This document shows positions 1-12,939 of a DNA stretch of 64,000 bases, piece by piece. The translations under genes and the position numbers were made by a program. The stretch spans positions 2,568,930 through 2,632,929 of the forward strand of contig NC_068994.1 of assembly GCF_001194135.2 (NCBI RefSeq), in the 5' to 3' direction. The notes under the pieces are model-generated. The model had not been told where the DNA came from. It ran no database searches and saw only the letters and a program-made list of their open reading frames with translations. The stretch's first letter is position 1; each line of letters begins with the position of its first letter. Source of the stretch: Octopus bimaculoides (lineage: Eukaryota).

Positions 1-198
1 CGGGTGGCACATAAGATGCACCATTTTGAGCGTGGCCGTTGCCAGTACCGCCTGACTGGCTCCCGTAGGATTTTCGAGTGAGATCGTTGCCAGTGTCCCT
101 GGACTGGCTTGTGCGGGTAGCAATAAAAGACACCATTTCGAGCGTGGCCGTTGCCAGTATCGCCTGACTGGCCTTCATGCAGGTGACACGTAAAAGCA
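1..198 (+). mobile_element. 3'-UTR subrepeats of an RTE-type LINE (gtggccgttgccagta..gcctgactggc units)
   Basis: The same subrepeat occurs reverse-complemented at about 4660-4710 and 25430-25466, next to RTE 3' ends with (GAT)n tails. Confidence 0.6.
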
Positions 199-204
199 CC
201 TAGT

Positions 205-654
205 ACACGCATGTACGCACGTACGTACGCATGTACGCACGTATGTATATACGTACGCATGTACGCACGTATGTATATACGTACGCTTGTACGCACGTAT
301 GTATATACGTACGTACGCAGGTATGTATGAAAGTACGTACGTACGTATGTAAGTACATACGTACGCATGTACGCACATACGTATGTATGTACGTACGCAT
401 TTACGTATGTCCCTATGCATGTACGTACGTACGCATATATGCACGTATGCATGTACGTACGTATGTAAGTACGTACGCATGTACGTACGTATGTATGTAC
501 GTACGCATGTACGCTCATATGTATATACGTACGTACGCACGTATGTATATACGTATATACGTATGTATGTTCGTATATATGTATGTACGTATGTATAGAC
601 GTATGTATATATAAGTATATACGTATGTATATATACGTATGTATACATACGTAA
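205..654. repeat. Complex TACG/TATG/CACG alternating purine-pyrimidine satellite (about 28-bp higher-order unit)
   Basis: Repeated acgtacgcatgtacgcacgtatgtatat-like units; explains the YVRT/YIRT ORFs on both strands. Confidence 0.9.
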
Positions 655-1486
655 ATGGATGTCACTAATTCCCCTGTTCTGTGAAAAGATTTCTGGGATG
701 GGGAAATATTACCTTCGTTAGGAACAAGTAAAGTTTGGCAACAGGGAGAGCATCTGGCTGTAGAAAATCCCATTCAGCCCAGTAAAGCATGGAAAAGTGA
801 ACATTAAGAAGATGATGAAAGACGTTGAGACTTGATATTGTGAATCAGAGGGAATCTGATTGGCATTCACTGGAATGGTTTACTGCTCCAAGAAATTCAG
901 GAACAAATGAAGATCCTATGTGGAATACTCTAAGGTACTTCTCATTTTGAAGAATTTGATGTTATCAAGTTCAGCAGTATAGCTTTTACTGAAATTTTCA
1001 GTGGTGGCCATCATATTAGTGGTCACTGATAAGGGAGAGAAATTCAGTGTAGCAAAGAAGATGCTTCCATTACATTTGAAATTGTTGATGTGAAAGCAAT
1101 GCTGTGGAAATAAATGACACAAAATCGTGCTGTCCAGCCAATGTATAGCAAACGTTTTAAGAAGGAAACTATGCGACATGTCCATGTTTTTATGACACAA
1201 TACACCTTTCAAACCGCTGCAGGAAGTGGAATTATTGGTAGTAGACATGGCTCTTACACCAAATATTCACTTATGAGAAGAATCTTGTATGAATGTATTT
1301 AAGAACTGAAGAAAACACCAATTCTCAACAGTAATTCCATCCCCAATAGTGTTTCTTGTATTCTCTAAGCGATCAGCTTTAATCATCTCTCACTTCTTGC
1401 TAATATGCTATCTAATCTTTATCTCTGCAGTGAATTATATCAATTATTGTATATGTTTATTAATTTAGTCTGTTCTTTCTATTTAG

Positions 1487-1637
1487 CAGAATTACAATCA
1501 TCTTACAGAAGTAACATCATATATAGACCAGAAACAACACACCATTGACCATAATGAATCTCTGAGAATTTACAATGGCTTTCAACCAAATTGAAGTTGA
1601 ACAGAGAAACAAGATGAAGAAATCCTGGCAAAGTTGG
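1487..1637 (+). CDS. Pcdh: Penultimate (tail) exon of an upstream protocadherin, with in-frame TGA at 1592-1594 and 1598-1600
   Basis: Acceptor tttag|cag| (1487 or 1490). QNYNHLTEVTSY... aligns with KYSEPVEVTSY... of exon 42316, and DEEILAKL aligns with YEEIPAMS. Phase 0 to 1, donor G|gtttaa at 1638. Symbol is family-level only. Confidence 0.7.
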
Positions 1638-1755
1638 GTTTAAAATGTCTACTTCCTTTTCATAACATCTGTCAATGGGGGTTTAATGAATAATCTGCAG
1701 ATTATTAATCCTACGTGATTTATTTGTTGAAAATACACACATATATTTATTTTAG

Positions 1756-1850
1756 GAGTGTATAGCAGTGAGAGAGACCATTACCAAGACAGACTTGTGA
1801 AAACTCCAGAGAGACAATTACCTTCACCTCCAGGTGTTGCTATAAATTGA
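1756..1850 (+). CDS. Pcdh: Terminal coding exon of the upstream protocadherin (VYSSERDHYQDRLVKTPERQLPSPPGVAIN*)
   Basis: Acceptor tttattttag|; phase-1 frame open to TGA 1848-1850; clear homology to exon 42638-42756 (ERQHYQDRFLKPLERQLSLTPEDIIN*). Confidence 0.8.
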
Positions 1851-4349
1851 CTGTCAGCAACGATGACCAATTATAGGATAATTTTTCAAAGTGAACAGAA
1901 AGACTTACACCAGTGGATTTTAACTCAGTTTCTTACAAGCATCTGCTCTTGGAGTTTGAGAAAAGAAACATCACCTTATTGATATTCCAACAAGAAATTA
2001 ATATTTTCAAAGTTGTCCTTAATTAATCACCTCATTATTTTATGGTTTAAGCTTTATCTTCACAGACTTTTTTTTTTAGATGTATAACAAACATGAGCAA
2101 TATTGTAAACAATTTGATATATTATGTTAGTTAAAAGTTTGATAAAAAAAAAAATTAATCATGTAGGAAAATTACTCAGATTATCGCCAATCTCAAATTA
2201 AAAAGTGTAATTATTAGCAGCTGTGATTAAGTGTAACAGAACTCTCTGTTAGAATATGAACCCAGATGTCATATGAGTGGGGTGACTGCTGTATCCTTTG
2301 AAGCAGAAAATAAGGTCACCTGTTATTGATTTATCATCAACAACATCATTTGTTGGCAATCATATGAACATTAAATTGTTCCTAATAAACTGTTTCCATC
2401 TGTTATTTTATGTCACAGAGATATTTATTAATGTATAAATTCTCATTCTTTACAATATATTGAAATGATACACAAGTAGAGGGAAATCTTTCATCATGTG
2501 TTAATCCAGTTAAAAATAAGTTCCACTCGCACAAATTCAAAAACTAAGATGGGTAAGTAGTTTCACTGACCTGTCTGTCTGTCTGTCTCTTATATTCATC
2601 ATCAGCATAAAGTTATTGCCACACTAATTTAGCAGTCACATGCACACGCAACCATTCACTGCAGTGGACTCTCTCCATGATACTCATCATGTCACAAATA
2701 ATAACTGTTTTTGTAAGTTTCTCCTTTTTTTTGTTTTTGTTTTGTTGATATAAATATTCTGTTTCTTGCTGTTGTTGTTTAGTCTCAGGTAAACTTTGAC
2801 ACTAACCAGCCTATAATCAAAGACAATCCAGCTCCGACCATCCCATATTTTAGGGCTATATAAGACTACGGATTCATTACCCTGTTTTTAATCTAAGTTG
2901 GTATGATTTGAGGGATATTTGATTGCTATCTTTAGCAGGCTGAGCGATTGGGGGTCTCATATTTTTGTCAGTATTGATGGTGGAGGTATTGTGAGGGTTA
3001 TTTTAGATTCTTTTATTATGTATTCATTTCCATTCTCTGGCCCCATGTTGGGATGCTTGTGATTATGTTTACTGTTTCTACACTGAATAGAGTTCAGTTG
3101 TTAACCTAAGCTGTTGGTATGGTCACTAAACGCTTCTCTCCCTTGCACTGTCTTTATGCTGCCCTGTTGACTTAAGCTGCAACATTTCTTCAGTGCCAGC
3201 TCTATTTTTACTCATCTGCATATACATATTAATGCACACACATGCATGTATATGACTGTTTAAGGGCCTACCACCTTATGTACAGATTTCCACAGACACT
3301 CATGAATGATAGCATACAAAATTACATGCATATAGCCAGACACACATTAATGCACATAGACGTACAATAAATAAACACATGAAGTGATGAAGTCTGCATT
3401 GTTAGTTTTATGCTAGAATGGGTTGAATGAATAAATGAATCCCTCATACTGAGGCATTGTTTGATATCCAGATCACCTTTCTGTTGCTTGATCTTTTTTT
3501 CATGTAAGCGATTTTTGTTTTTTGTATTGTATTTCATTTATCCTTGAAAGTGCTGTCAGCAAGCATCACCATTTTTATTTTTAATCCTTTTCACACAATG
3601 TAAATATTCACACACTCACACACATGTATATGGTGTTTTATACATTTATAGGGGAAGTGGCATAATTAATAAAGCCTATAAACACACTAGTTGTTGCTTG
3701 TCTATACTTCTCTTCTATTTTTAAAGCAGTTGTTTGTTTGTTTATGTCCCCTAGAATATTTTTCACTACATCAACATGTAGTCTTTTCAATAAACATCCT
3801 GAAAAGGATACAGATTGATGTTAGCTTTGTTAGTTAGGATTCTTCCCAAATATAACACAATTGATTTCAACAAATGGTATACAAGATCAAAATTCTTGTA
3901 ATCACAAATTATATATGGGCTTCTATACAGTTTCTGCCCGCCAATTCTACTTACAAAGCTTTGATCAACCTGAGGTTAAAATAGAAGACATTTGCCTGAA
4001 GTGCCATGCAATGAAATAGAACACAAGACCACAACATAACAAAGTGCTCTCCATATCCACACAGCCATGCCTATGCCTACATATTGTGTGTGTGTGTGTA
4101 GATGGATGCATGTGTTTTGTGTTTACCCTTGTTTAAACATCCTGTGATGAAATGGAACATTATCATCATACAAGCATGGTTCATTTCATTTTCTGTAAAA
4201 AGCATGTCCAGCTGTGAGAAAATATTACTTTGCATTGAAACTGGTGTGGCTTAGTGACAGAAAAGACATCCAGCTATAAAATGTCTGTCTCAAGAAATTC
4301 CTTTTGACTCATTTCATGCAAATGCTGATAATGATGTAAGCATATATAA

Positions 4350-4406
<57 letters not shown>

Positions 4407-4469
4407 CATATGCTATAGGTTAACTAGCTGTTTTACCATGATCAATTAGCACTTTATATGTATCATTAT

Positions 4470-4725
4470 CATCATCATTGTCATTTAACGTCCGGTTCCT
4501 GTGCTGGCACAGGTTGGATGGTTTGACTGAGGTCTAGAAAGCCAGGAAGCTGCACTAGGCTCCAATCTGACCAGGCAAAGTTTCTACAGCTGGATGCCCT
4601 TCCTAATGCCAACCACTCTGAGAGTGTAGTAGGTGCTTTTTAAGTGCCACTGGCATGAGGGCCAGTCAGGCGGTACTGGCATCAACCACGCTTGAATGGT
4701 GCTTTTTACATGCCACCATGCAAAT
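4470..4725 (-). mobile_element. RTE-LINE 3' end with (GAT)n tail
   Basis: catcatc..tttaacgtcc..ggatgcccttcctaatgccaacc motif, shared with 15660-15841, 25237-25466, 39060-39290 and 57350-57520. Confidence 0.75.
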
Positions 4726-5810
4726 GGAATATATATGTATAGTTTCCATTTGAATGAATATCTATGTGTTGACTATATGAAACCTTTCTAAGGGAGGAAT
4801 CTTTGATTTGCTCTTCATGCACTCTCACATGGCTGGCTAAGTAAAATGGGAATACCTGAGTGGAGGTGACATCAGCCCAGCAAGATCTGAGGAGCAGAGG
4901 TCATTATAGTATCAGAATGAAAGGCAGAGAGTAGAGATAGCAAATACATCGTTATTGCCAGCAGTTCAGTTTTATGAAGGATACAACATACTGTAAATAT
5001 TTCAGTTATATTTTATTTTAAATGTTTAAGATAAGTTATTATTCATGCAATTACTGCTTTCCCAATAAGTAATAAGCACATCTTTAAAGATGAAGACATA
5101 CTATCCATGAATGCACTAAAATACCAACTGGTAACATCAGAGAGATGTTAACACTGTGCCTAAGGACACTAATTCCCAGATCGATAATGAAATTTACCAA
5201 AAAGTGCAAGGAATAACTGTCTTTTCCATCATCATAGCAATGCCACTCATTTACATGAAATGCTTTGAAGATTTAGCTCTGGAAATGACAATAATGATTA
5301 AGATATATGAATGACAGCCTCATGCTTTGGTAGCCTTAACAGGAAGTCCAAGATGTAGGTAGATGGCATAAACTCTGTCTACCTCTATCAGTTCAGTATA
5401 TGATGGAGAAGGATATAATCAACCAGCATGTCATCAAATACTGGTGAGAAATACAGAAGCAGGAGTCAGAAGATCAGTGGATCAAAGCCCTACTGACACT
5501 GAAATCTATTTAATCTGTAACTGAGAGAGTCTCTATATGATTGCTCAATCTGTTTAGAAATAGCTGCTAAATCTCCCTCAAATTGTACCACCACAAAAAC
5601 AGCAAAGATATATTGGAAAAGATGGGATGCCTTTGATCAAAGGTATGCTCATTAACCTAAGGCTACACAACAATATGAGTCTTACCACACCATCCCTTCA
5701 GTATTAAGTGTCTACAACACCAGGCAAAAATAATGTGGACTGAGGTATTAGCTTATGCAGAAGATATGAATTACCTGAAAACTACCTTCCTGCATAACAA
5801 ATGTCTTGCC

Positions 5811-5881
5811 TATCATTTAAGACTCACAGCCTATCATGTAAGACTCACAGCCTATCTTATAAGACTCACAGCCTATCATAG
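5811..5881. repeat. About 21-bp tandem repeat x3 (taagactcacagcctatcat)
   Basis: Three near-identical adjacent copies. Confidence 0.85.
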
Positions 5882-7433
5882 TAGATTCAGAACCACCTTC
5901 AGGCATAAAGTTGGGATCAAATGAAATCCTCTGTGTTTCTACCTTACTGGAAGGGATTGAGAGGGTTCACAAAATCTGCAACAATTATCATATCAGAACT
6001 GTGTTCATATGTGACATCACATTTTGTTGATTTCTCACCAAATTTAAACTTGCCTAGGAATGGCCAGAATATAGAAACTACATTTTCTACACTTATTAAC
6101 ATCCTTTAAGTTTACAAGTCTTAAAGAGAGAATCTGGGAGGTCCGTAAAGGTAAGAATTAAGAAATATTATATGAAAGTCTTACAGAAGAGAGAAATTGT
6201 CATGAACGGTTGAACAGACATGATGCAAGGAAGGGAATTGTATTGCTATGGAGTGAATTGATTCTATAACTGATAAAGAATCATGGTGGAAAAATAGAAA
6301 AAAGAAATTCGTAAAAAGCTAGCTGAAAACCCAGCACTGACCTTAGCTCAACACTGAATTACCCAAACAGTAAATCCTGCTCTGACATTAACTGAATATG
6401 GTTGCCATTACTGAAAAATGCATTTGAATAACCTCATATTGTAGCATAAAATGTATATACAATGCAAAAGTAAGGATAAGTTTTATCGCTTGACATAATT
6501 CATTAACATTGCAATGAAAAAGAACAGGAAGAGAAATTACTGTGGAGCAAGAATTACCCGAGCAACATGTGAAGCTTGAATGATTGAAATCAGTTATTAA
6601 AAAAATGTCCTGTCCACTTTTGCGTTAGTTTTGTGACAGTCCTCACATATCAGCAGCATAATGGATGAACGCATTTCAACTATTAGTTTAGAAAAGAAGA
6701 TTGCTTGTTTGAATCTAGTCTCAGATAATATATATACATCCCAGAGTAAGACATCTAAGAATAATCAAAGATTGAAACTGAGATGAGGTTAATAGTCTGA
6801 GATATTTGTATGTCTTATTTTTGTTTGTTTATCATTCATTGAAGAATAAAAATTACCCGAATACATCATTAAAATGTTGAATAGTTAGACGCTCCTCAAA
6901 CCATAAGCTAAACAAATGACTGCTAGAAATAACAGCAAGATTCCTTTTAGAATTTATTTTCTATCAGTTTACAAAAGAAATACAGCCCAAGATGTCTAGG
7001 TAAAAACAACATGATTATAGGTCTGTTTAATTAGGGTTAAATTGGGACTAAATAACAGGTGAAAGGTATGAAGAATCCATTTTAAATTGATAGTATCAAC
7101 ATGAAAGCAAGTTAAACCTGTAATTTGTTCCCCAAGATACAAACAATTATTTTATTAACAAATTTTGATTGTATTTCAGTTAAACAGATGAAGAAATATA
7201 AATTTGAGACTATAATGAACAGTCAGCTATCATTAGCTACTTTGATTTGCAATAAACTTTGATTTGTACTTAAGGTATGTTGAATAGTTTTGTTGATAGA
7301 ACAAGGAACAGTCTAAAAGTAATGAAGTTTTTATAGTAAAGTTATTTCTAAAACAATCAAAGTCTTCCATTTTGAAGTCTTGGAGGGAAATGATTGCTAT
7401 ATCTCTTATGTAAATAGAGAAAAATGAAAAGAA

Positions 7434-7470
<37 letters not shown>

Positions 7471-8179
7471 AGATCACTGTCATTGTTTTAACATCCACTA
7501 TGCCATGCTTGCTTATGGTGCAGACAGAGTCTATTGAGACAGATTTTCTGCAGTCAGACTCTCTTCTTACAGCCAACCCTCACTTGTTTCCTAACAAGGT
7601 AGTATTTTCCCAGGGCCAAACATTTTTTTGCTGAATATTGGAAATAAATGACTGATCAACTCATGCCATATATTAAGAAGATGCAGGTTTTGTATTACTG
7701 AAAGACCTTATGTCTTTTTTAAATCTAAGAATTTCTTTCCTACCGAACTCAGGGATCAGAAATTTTCACAAAATGCTAGCATCTTGAAAAGTTTCTACTA
7801 TTAAACTGGAGAATCCCATCTCCAAATTAGACATACAGTTTTCTTAACTTTAGCCTTTCCCTATTGGATTAATCACACCAATCATTGTTAATTCCCCTCT
7901 TAATGGACCGAAGGGACATAACTCTAATCTCTCTGCCTTTCAAGCTTTCTTTTTATCATTTTCTTCTTTCTTTTCCATGTTAATCTTTTCTTTGCTTGTT
8001 CTTTTTGCTTTTTCTCATAGAGCAGCCATGTTTATTTTGAGGACTGAACAATTGCAGGATAGTATGCGGCATTCTTTACAAGTGTATTTGATGACTGTAC
8101 TATCCAAGTAGGAAAATTATGGTGGCTCACATTTAAATCTTGTGCTTATAAAATGATATATATAATTTCATATAGATAG

Positions 8180-8750
8180 CATGCTTCTTTCAGTTTCCAT
8201 CATTCAAACCCACTCACAAGGTTTTGTTGTCCTGGGGCTAGAGTGGAAGGTATTTGCCCAAGGTACCACACAGTGAACCTGAAACTGTGTGGTCGAGAAG
8301 CAAGTCTCACCAAAATTCCATGCAACACTTACGGGCCTGGGAAAGAAGACCCTAATCCAACGATGAGGATGATGCCTCTTCTGTCTTTTGTTTGTTTCAG
8401 TCATTGGACTGTGCCTATAAATGGTTTACTCAAACGGATTGACCCCAGGACTTGTTTTAAGCTTTGTACTTATTCTAGCAGTCTCATTTTGTCAAACCAC
8501 TTTAAGTTACTGGGACATAAACACACCATCACTGGTTATCAAGGGGTGGTCTGGGATACATCCATAGATACACAAAGGCACCCGATTAGCTTCTTTCAGT
8601 TTTTATCAACGAAATCCACTCATAGAACTTTAATCGACCTGGGACTACAGTAGAAGACACCTGCCCAAGGTAGCATGTGCAGTAGGAAGAGTGAACTGAA
8701 GACCACATGGTTGGGAAGCAAACTCCTCAATGAGACAGTCATGTCAGTAC
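8180..8750 (-). mobile_element. Cluster of degenerate SINE copies (tRNA-like head ...agtagaagacac.tgcccaagg...)
   Basis: The motif recurs at about 3915-4070, 22665-22810, 46245-46590 and 63655-63780. Confidence 0.6.
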
Positions 8751-8959
8751 ATTATATACATATAGGCCTTGTGGTTAGGGTGTCGCATTCACAATCACTA
8801 GATTGTGGATTTGATTGCCAAATTGTGTGGTGCGTTATGTTCTTGAGCAAAACCCTTCATTTCACGTTGGTCCCGTCCACTCAGCTGTAAATGGGTCACC
8901 CTACAACAACAGAGTAGCTTTCTGGTCAGAGGGAATGTTGACTTGCTCCCCTAGCCAGC

Positions 8960-9440
8960 AGTGAGCAGTGCACACTCATCAGAATTGTTTTCACCAAATG
9001 CATCCGGCAGAGATATTGCATGAAGTTTTGCCAAAAGTTTAGTGATGCTCAAGCCATCCAGAGCAGGCCTTTGGTGACGATAATACCATGGGTAAAACTC
9101 AGATCAAGGACTGGTACAACTGCTTCAAATATGGCTGTACCTCAGTGGAGAGCAATGCACACTCAGGACATCTTGGTTTTCAGAAATGAGGTGCCAGTTG
9201 AGAAGATTCAGCAAATAGTTATGGAAGACCTTTGTGTAACAATCCTGGAAATTGCTCACAAAGTGGAAATAAGCAAGGATCAGTGCATTGCATTTTAACA
9301 GAGGATTTGTGCATGTGGAGAGTGTTGGCAAAGCAGCAAAAGCAACTCCACATGGAAATCACTCAGGACATGCTGGACTATGCAAACCATGACCCAGACT
9401 TCATGAAGAAAGACCATCGTCACTGGTGATGAAACAGGGG
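8960..9440 (+). mobile_element. Degenerate mariner transposase fragment (N-terminal HTH region)
   Basis: ORF pieces MKFCQK.., VEKIQQIVMEDLCVTILEIAHKVEISK and ILTEDLCMWRVLAK..QDMLDYANHDPDFMK match the mariner HTH and WVP-linker pattern; frameshifted. Confidence 0.75.
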
Positions 9441-10651
9441 TTTATGCTCTCTGTGCAATGTTTTCGGTCATCTTGTGGGAAATCAAAACTCTAGCAAACT
9501 CACACTCCATGTCTGGACTCTAGGCATAACAGCTGGAAAATGACATGGCCTACTGATATGAAAATTATCATGCATGTGCAGGAATAGGGATGTCACCTTG
9601 CACCCGAAGGATTTTGCTCATGCTGTATTAGTTTTGCTGGAAAGAAATAGAGTCGGGTCATTTTTGACTGCACCTCATATAAGTGATAAAACACATACAC
9701 GTGATCTAAAACTATTAGGAAGAATGAAACCAAACCACTTGAAAATGAAGTCATGGTGTCAACGAGTTATTGGAACTGATTTCTTAACCTCTTTTATTGT
9801 TTAAGGTATTCTGTAGAATATTCCTTTTTGTCTTTTTAAAATCTGAGACAGTGTTCATTCTTGCTTTGTTGCCATTCACTCAAAATATAGCCAAAAATTT
9901 AACCAATAAAATTTTCCTTCCTCAATATTTCCAATATTTCAGTCAGTATGAATTAATTTGAACTCTGCTTCTTCTACTGAAGCTAAGAACTAACCAACTG
10001 TACTCTACTTCCATTTAAACATGCCAGATGCACCCCTTCAGCTTCTCCACATTTACCTGGACTTTCACCTTACTCCATATACCCAAGATCACATGCAGTT
10101 CTTCCTAGAATTGTTATTTAACAGAAAACTCACCCTTTTGAACATGTGATTTGTATTTTGAGGATAGCAAGGAGATTTTTGACAGAGGTTTGACTTGCTA
10201 TATTGGGCATCGTATAAGCTCCCTTGTCCTCCTTCATTGACCTATGCTAATACATAGCACAATGATATGGCTGTCACATTGATTGTTACACGTGGATTAA
10301 ACTCGTGCTAGTCTGTCAACTTTGATTGGTAATTGTGTTACAAATCTGCTTAAACAGAGCTGACCCATCAATATTTAATAACATCAATACAAACCAACAA
10401 AGGAGTCTATGCATGGTTACTCAAACTGCTGGAAATAGCAGGTGAATTCCCTAAATGCACACTCTAATGTCTTAAGAAAAGACACACTGAACAATGCATG
10501 GTTTGACATTGAAAATGATAGACGGTCTTGGTCAAAGCATCTTTGGCCTTAATTCTGTTCAATTAGAGTAAAATCTAGAGCCCAACTCCATTGGAACTGA
10601 CTTAATTCAGTAATCTAACATCTCCACATTAATTGTACCAATCCTATCACC

Positions 10652-10894
10652 TAGCAGCTGTGATAGTATCTATAGCTATTGTGGTTTCTATAACACTGTG
10701 TATTGTGAGATGTAACAATGTGAGAAATAGCTCCTCTGAAAGAACAGCAGAAGAGAAACAGGCATACCAATGTCGCAATGAGATGAGACAGTTGATCTAT
10801 CAAGGTAACAACAGTGTACCTGTGATGTCAGGTAATCGAGGAGAGACATCAGACAGATATGGTCATTCGAGGAGCCATTACTATCCAGAAGACT
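10652..10894 (+). pseudogene. Pcdh: Protocadherin remnant: C-terminal half of TM plus juxtamembrane cytoplasmic region only
   Basis: 10652-10704 is identical to 31724-31776 (53 bp); 10777-10877 matches 31840-31940 with 2 mismatches. No ectodomain upstream and the exon donor is missing. Confidence 0.85.
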
Positions 10895-12706
10895 TAAGTT
10901 ATTTTAATATATTGAAGGAAATTTCTGTCAGATTCATTTACTTTTACACAGAAAGCAAGACAATCATTGATCGACCCCCTGATATATAACTCATCCCCAT
11001 CCCATAAACTTTGTATCAATCTGTCCTCAGTTCTAGGTCTTCACCAATCACCATGAACTCTATTTATTTAAACAGATATATAAATGTTATATTCTTAGAC
11101 AAGTGATGTCAGTGATTCTTCTGGATTCTTAATGAAATACCATTCATGTCAAGTAAACAGAACTACTTTGTAATCTTTTGTTCTTTGGATTGTGGCCATG
11201 CTATAGTACCTCATTCAAGGGTTTTGGCCATGTTAGTCCAAATCATTATTTCTGTCTGGAATTTATTTTATTGAGCTTTATTTATTGAATATGAAATGAA
11301 AATAATGGCTGTAAATATGTCTTGATATAACTAGGATATTCTTTCAATAATCTGGCTGTTAAGGAAATATCCATGGCACTTGGTGGATTACTTCTATCTT
11401 TAAATTATTGTGAAAAAACTAATTAATTTAGAAAATGAATTATTCAGTTGTCTCTTAATTATCTCCCCATCAATCATAGGCATCGTTTAATGACACACAA
11501 TAAAAAAACATCGTTTTCAACTATTGCATTTTGGTAATTTTCCTTCTTTATCAGTTTGCTGATAGTTTAATATTCAAAATAGGATGTGAAATAGTGATAA
11601 AAAGTAATTTTAATGAATAAGAACATTGAGACAGCATGATTTAATATTTTCATGTTGGATTTACATAATTTCCCAGTTATCATTTCTATAACTAAATAAG
11701 ATTTCTTTAACTTTCTCTCACAATGTAACTGATAATAAAAATGGTGAAAAATAACTGAAGCATATGATATATATTATCTGATTATAAAATATAATTTTAA
11801 AAGATTCTGTCAATGAATTTTAAACTGTCCCCTTTGGGTATCTCTGTACATAGAACAGCCTTAGACCCTCCTGTCGTTTCTGTTTCCATTTAGTTTTGGA
11901 AAGTTACATGCTTCGTTTTATATCCATTATTTATCAATGTGTAAAGATAACGGATTCTTCCAGGGTATGTTGTTGTGAGTTAAAGTATTATATCTTAGAA
12001 CGAGAAGAGGAATACTAAATCTTAGAAAGTTAATATGATGAAGTAGCCCATCGACAATCTCCAACCAGAATCCCATTGTTGTTGGCATTATCTGAGTGTT
12101 TCAGAAGATCCATGTGATGGAGGTAAGATAGTTAAACAGTAGTTAATCAACATGTCTAAACATCTTTATTGTTATGCATACTGTCCCAGACTTGAGGAAT
12201 TTGAGAATATACCTGTGGTCCCTTAGAAAACAGTGAGAAGTTTACTTAGGAAAAAATTGGTTCATTTATTGAGCCTTGTTTGTATAATACCTGTTATTCT
12301 ATACACATGTGTAAGAACAAGTAAGTGAATATCAATTTCATGAAAATTAAATTATATCTGCTAATGAAATAATGATCCTAACTAGGACTATCAGTTACCA
12401 ACCTTTCAAATGCATAACTGTTGGAAATTCAGGTAAAATGAAATTTTTGCTATAAAGAAAGAAATTTTGCAAAAAGAAAATCTAATTGACAATAAAATTA
12501 GGTATATATGACTGATAAATTCTAATTATATATTTTACCTGGTGTTACCAAATTTGCTTAACTGTTATATCTATAATGTGTTGCTATCTTTGAGAAGTGT
12601 ACATTTTGGAAAAAAATTGAAAACTGCTCATTTGAAATACTGGTCTGAACTTGTTTTGGTTTATTGTTTGGTGCTGTTGTTGGGTCGTCTCCTTCATCTC
12701 TCACAG

Positions 12707-12939
12707 GGAAACACATCTCAACCAATCTAACTGAAGGTGGAGAAAGTATCATCCATCTCCTCCACACCCACCTTCACATTTACTAAACATCACACATAGA
12801 CAGAATAGTCAGAGAAGAAAGAACTACTGATTCCCAATGACTTATTCACTTCACTAATCCATCAACATGTCACACCACAGCAGCAGTCATATTGGAGTAT
12901 TAATAATACTAGAGAATACTGGGAATTTACACAATAAAG
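12707..12939 (+). other. Putative 5' leader exon of Pcdh gene A
   Basis: Pyrimidine tract + tcacag| upstream, donor aaag|gtgagt. Multiple homologous blocks with 43707-43954, which sits in the same position relative to gene B. Confidence 0.65.

Noticed and set aside
175-648. Long ORFs on both strands (YVRT/YIRT repeats), and similar ORFs at 23920-24375, 56537-57078 and 62906-63954
   Set aside because: Translations of microsatellites; no protein-family signal.
935-1302. Single + frame with protein-like pieces (EEFDVIKFSSIAFTEIF.., SITFEIVDV.., MTQNRAVQ..)
   Set aside because: Interrupted by several stops; no recognisable family, no phase-compatible splice pair, and no homolog near gene A's tail exons.
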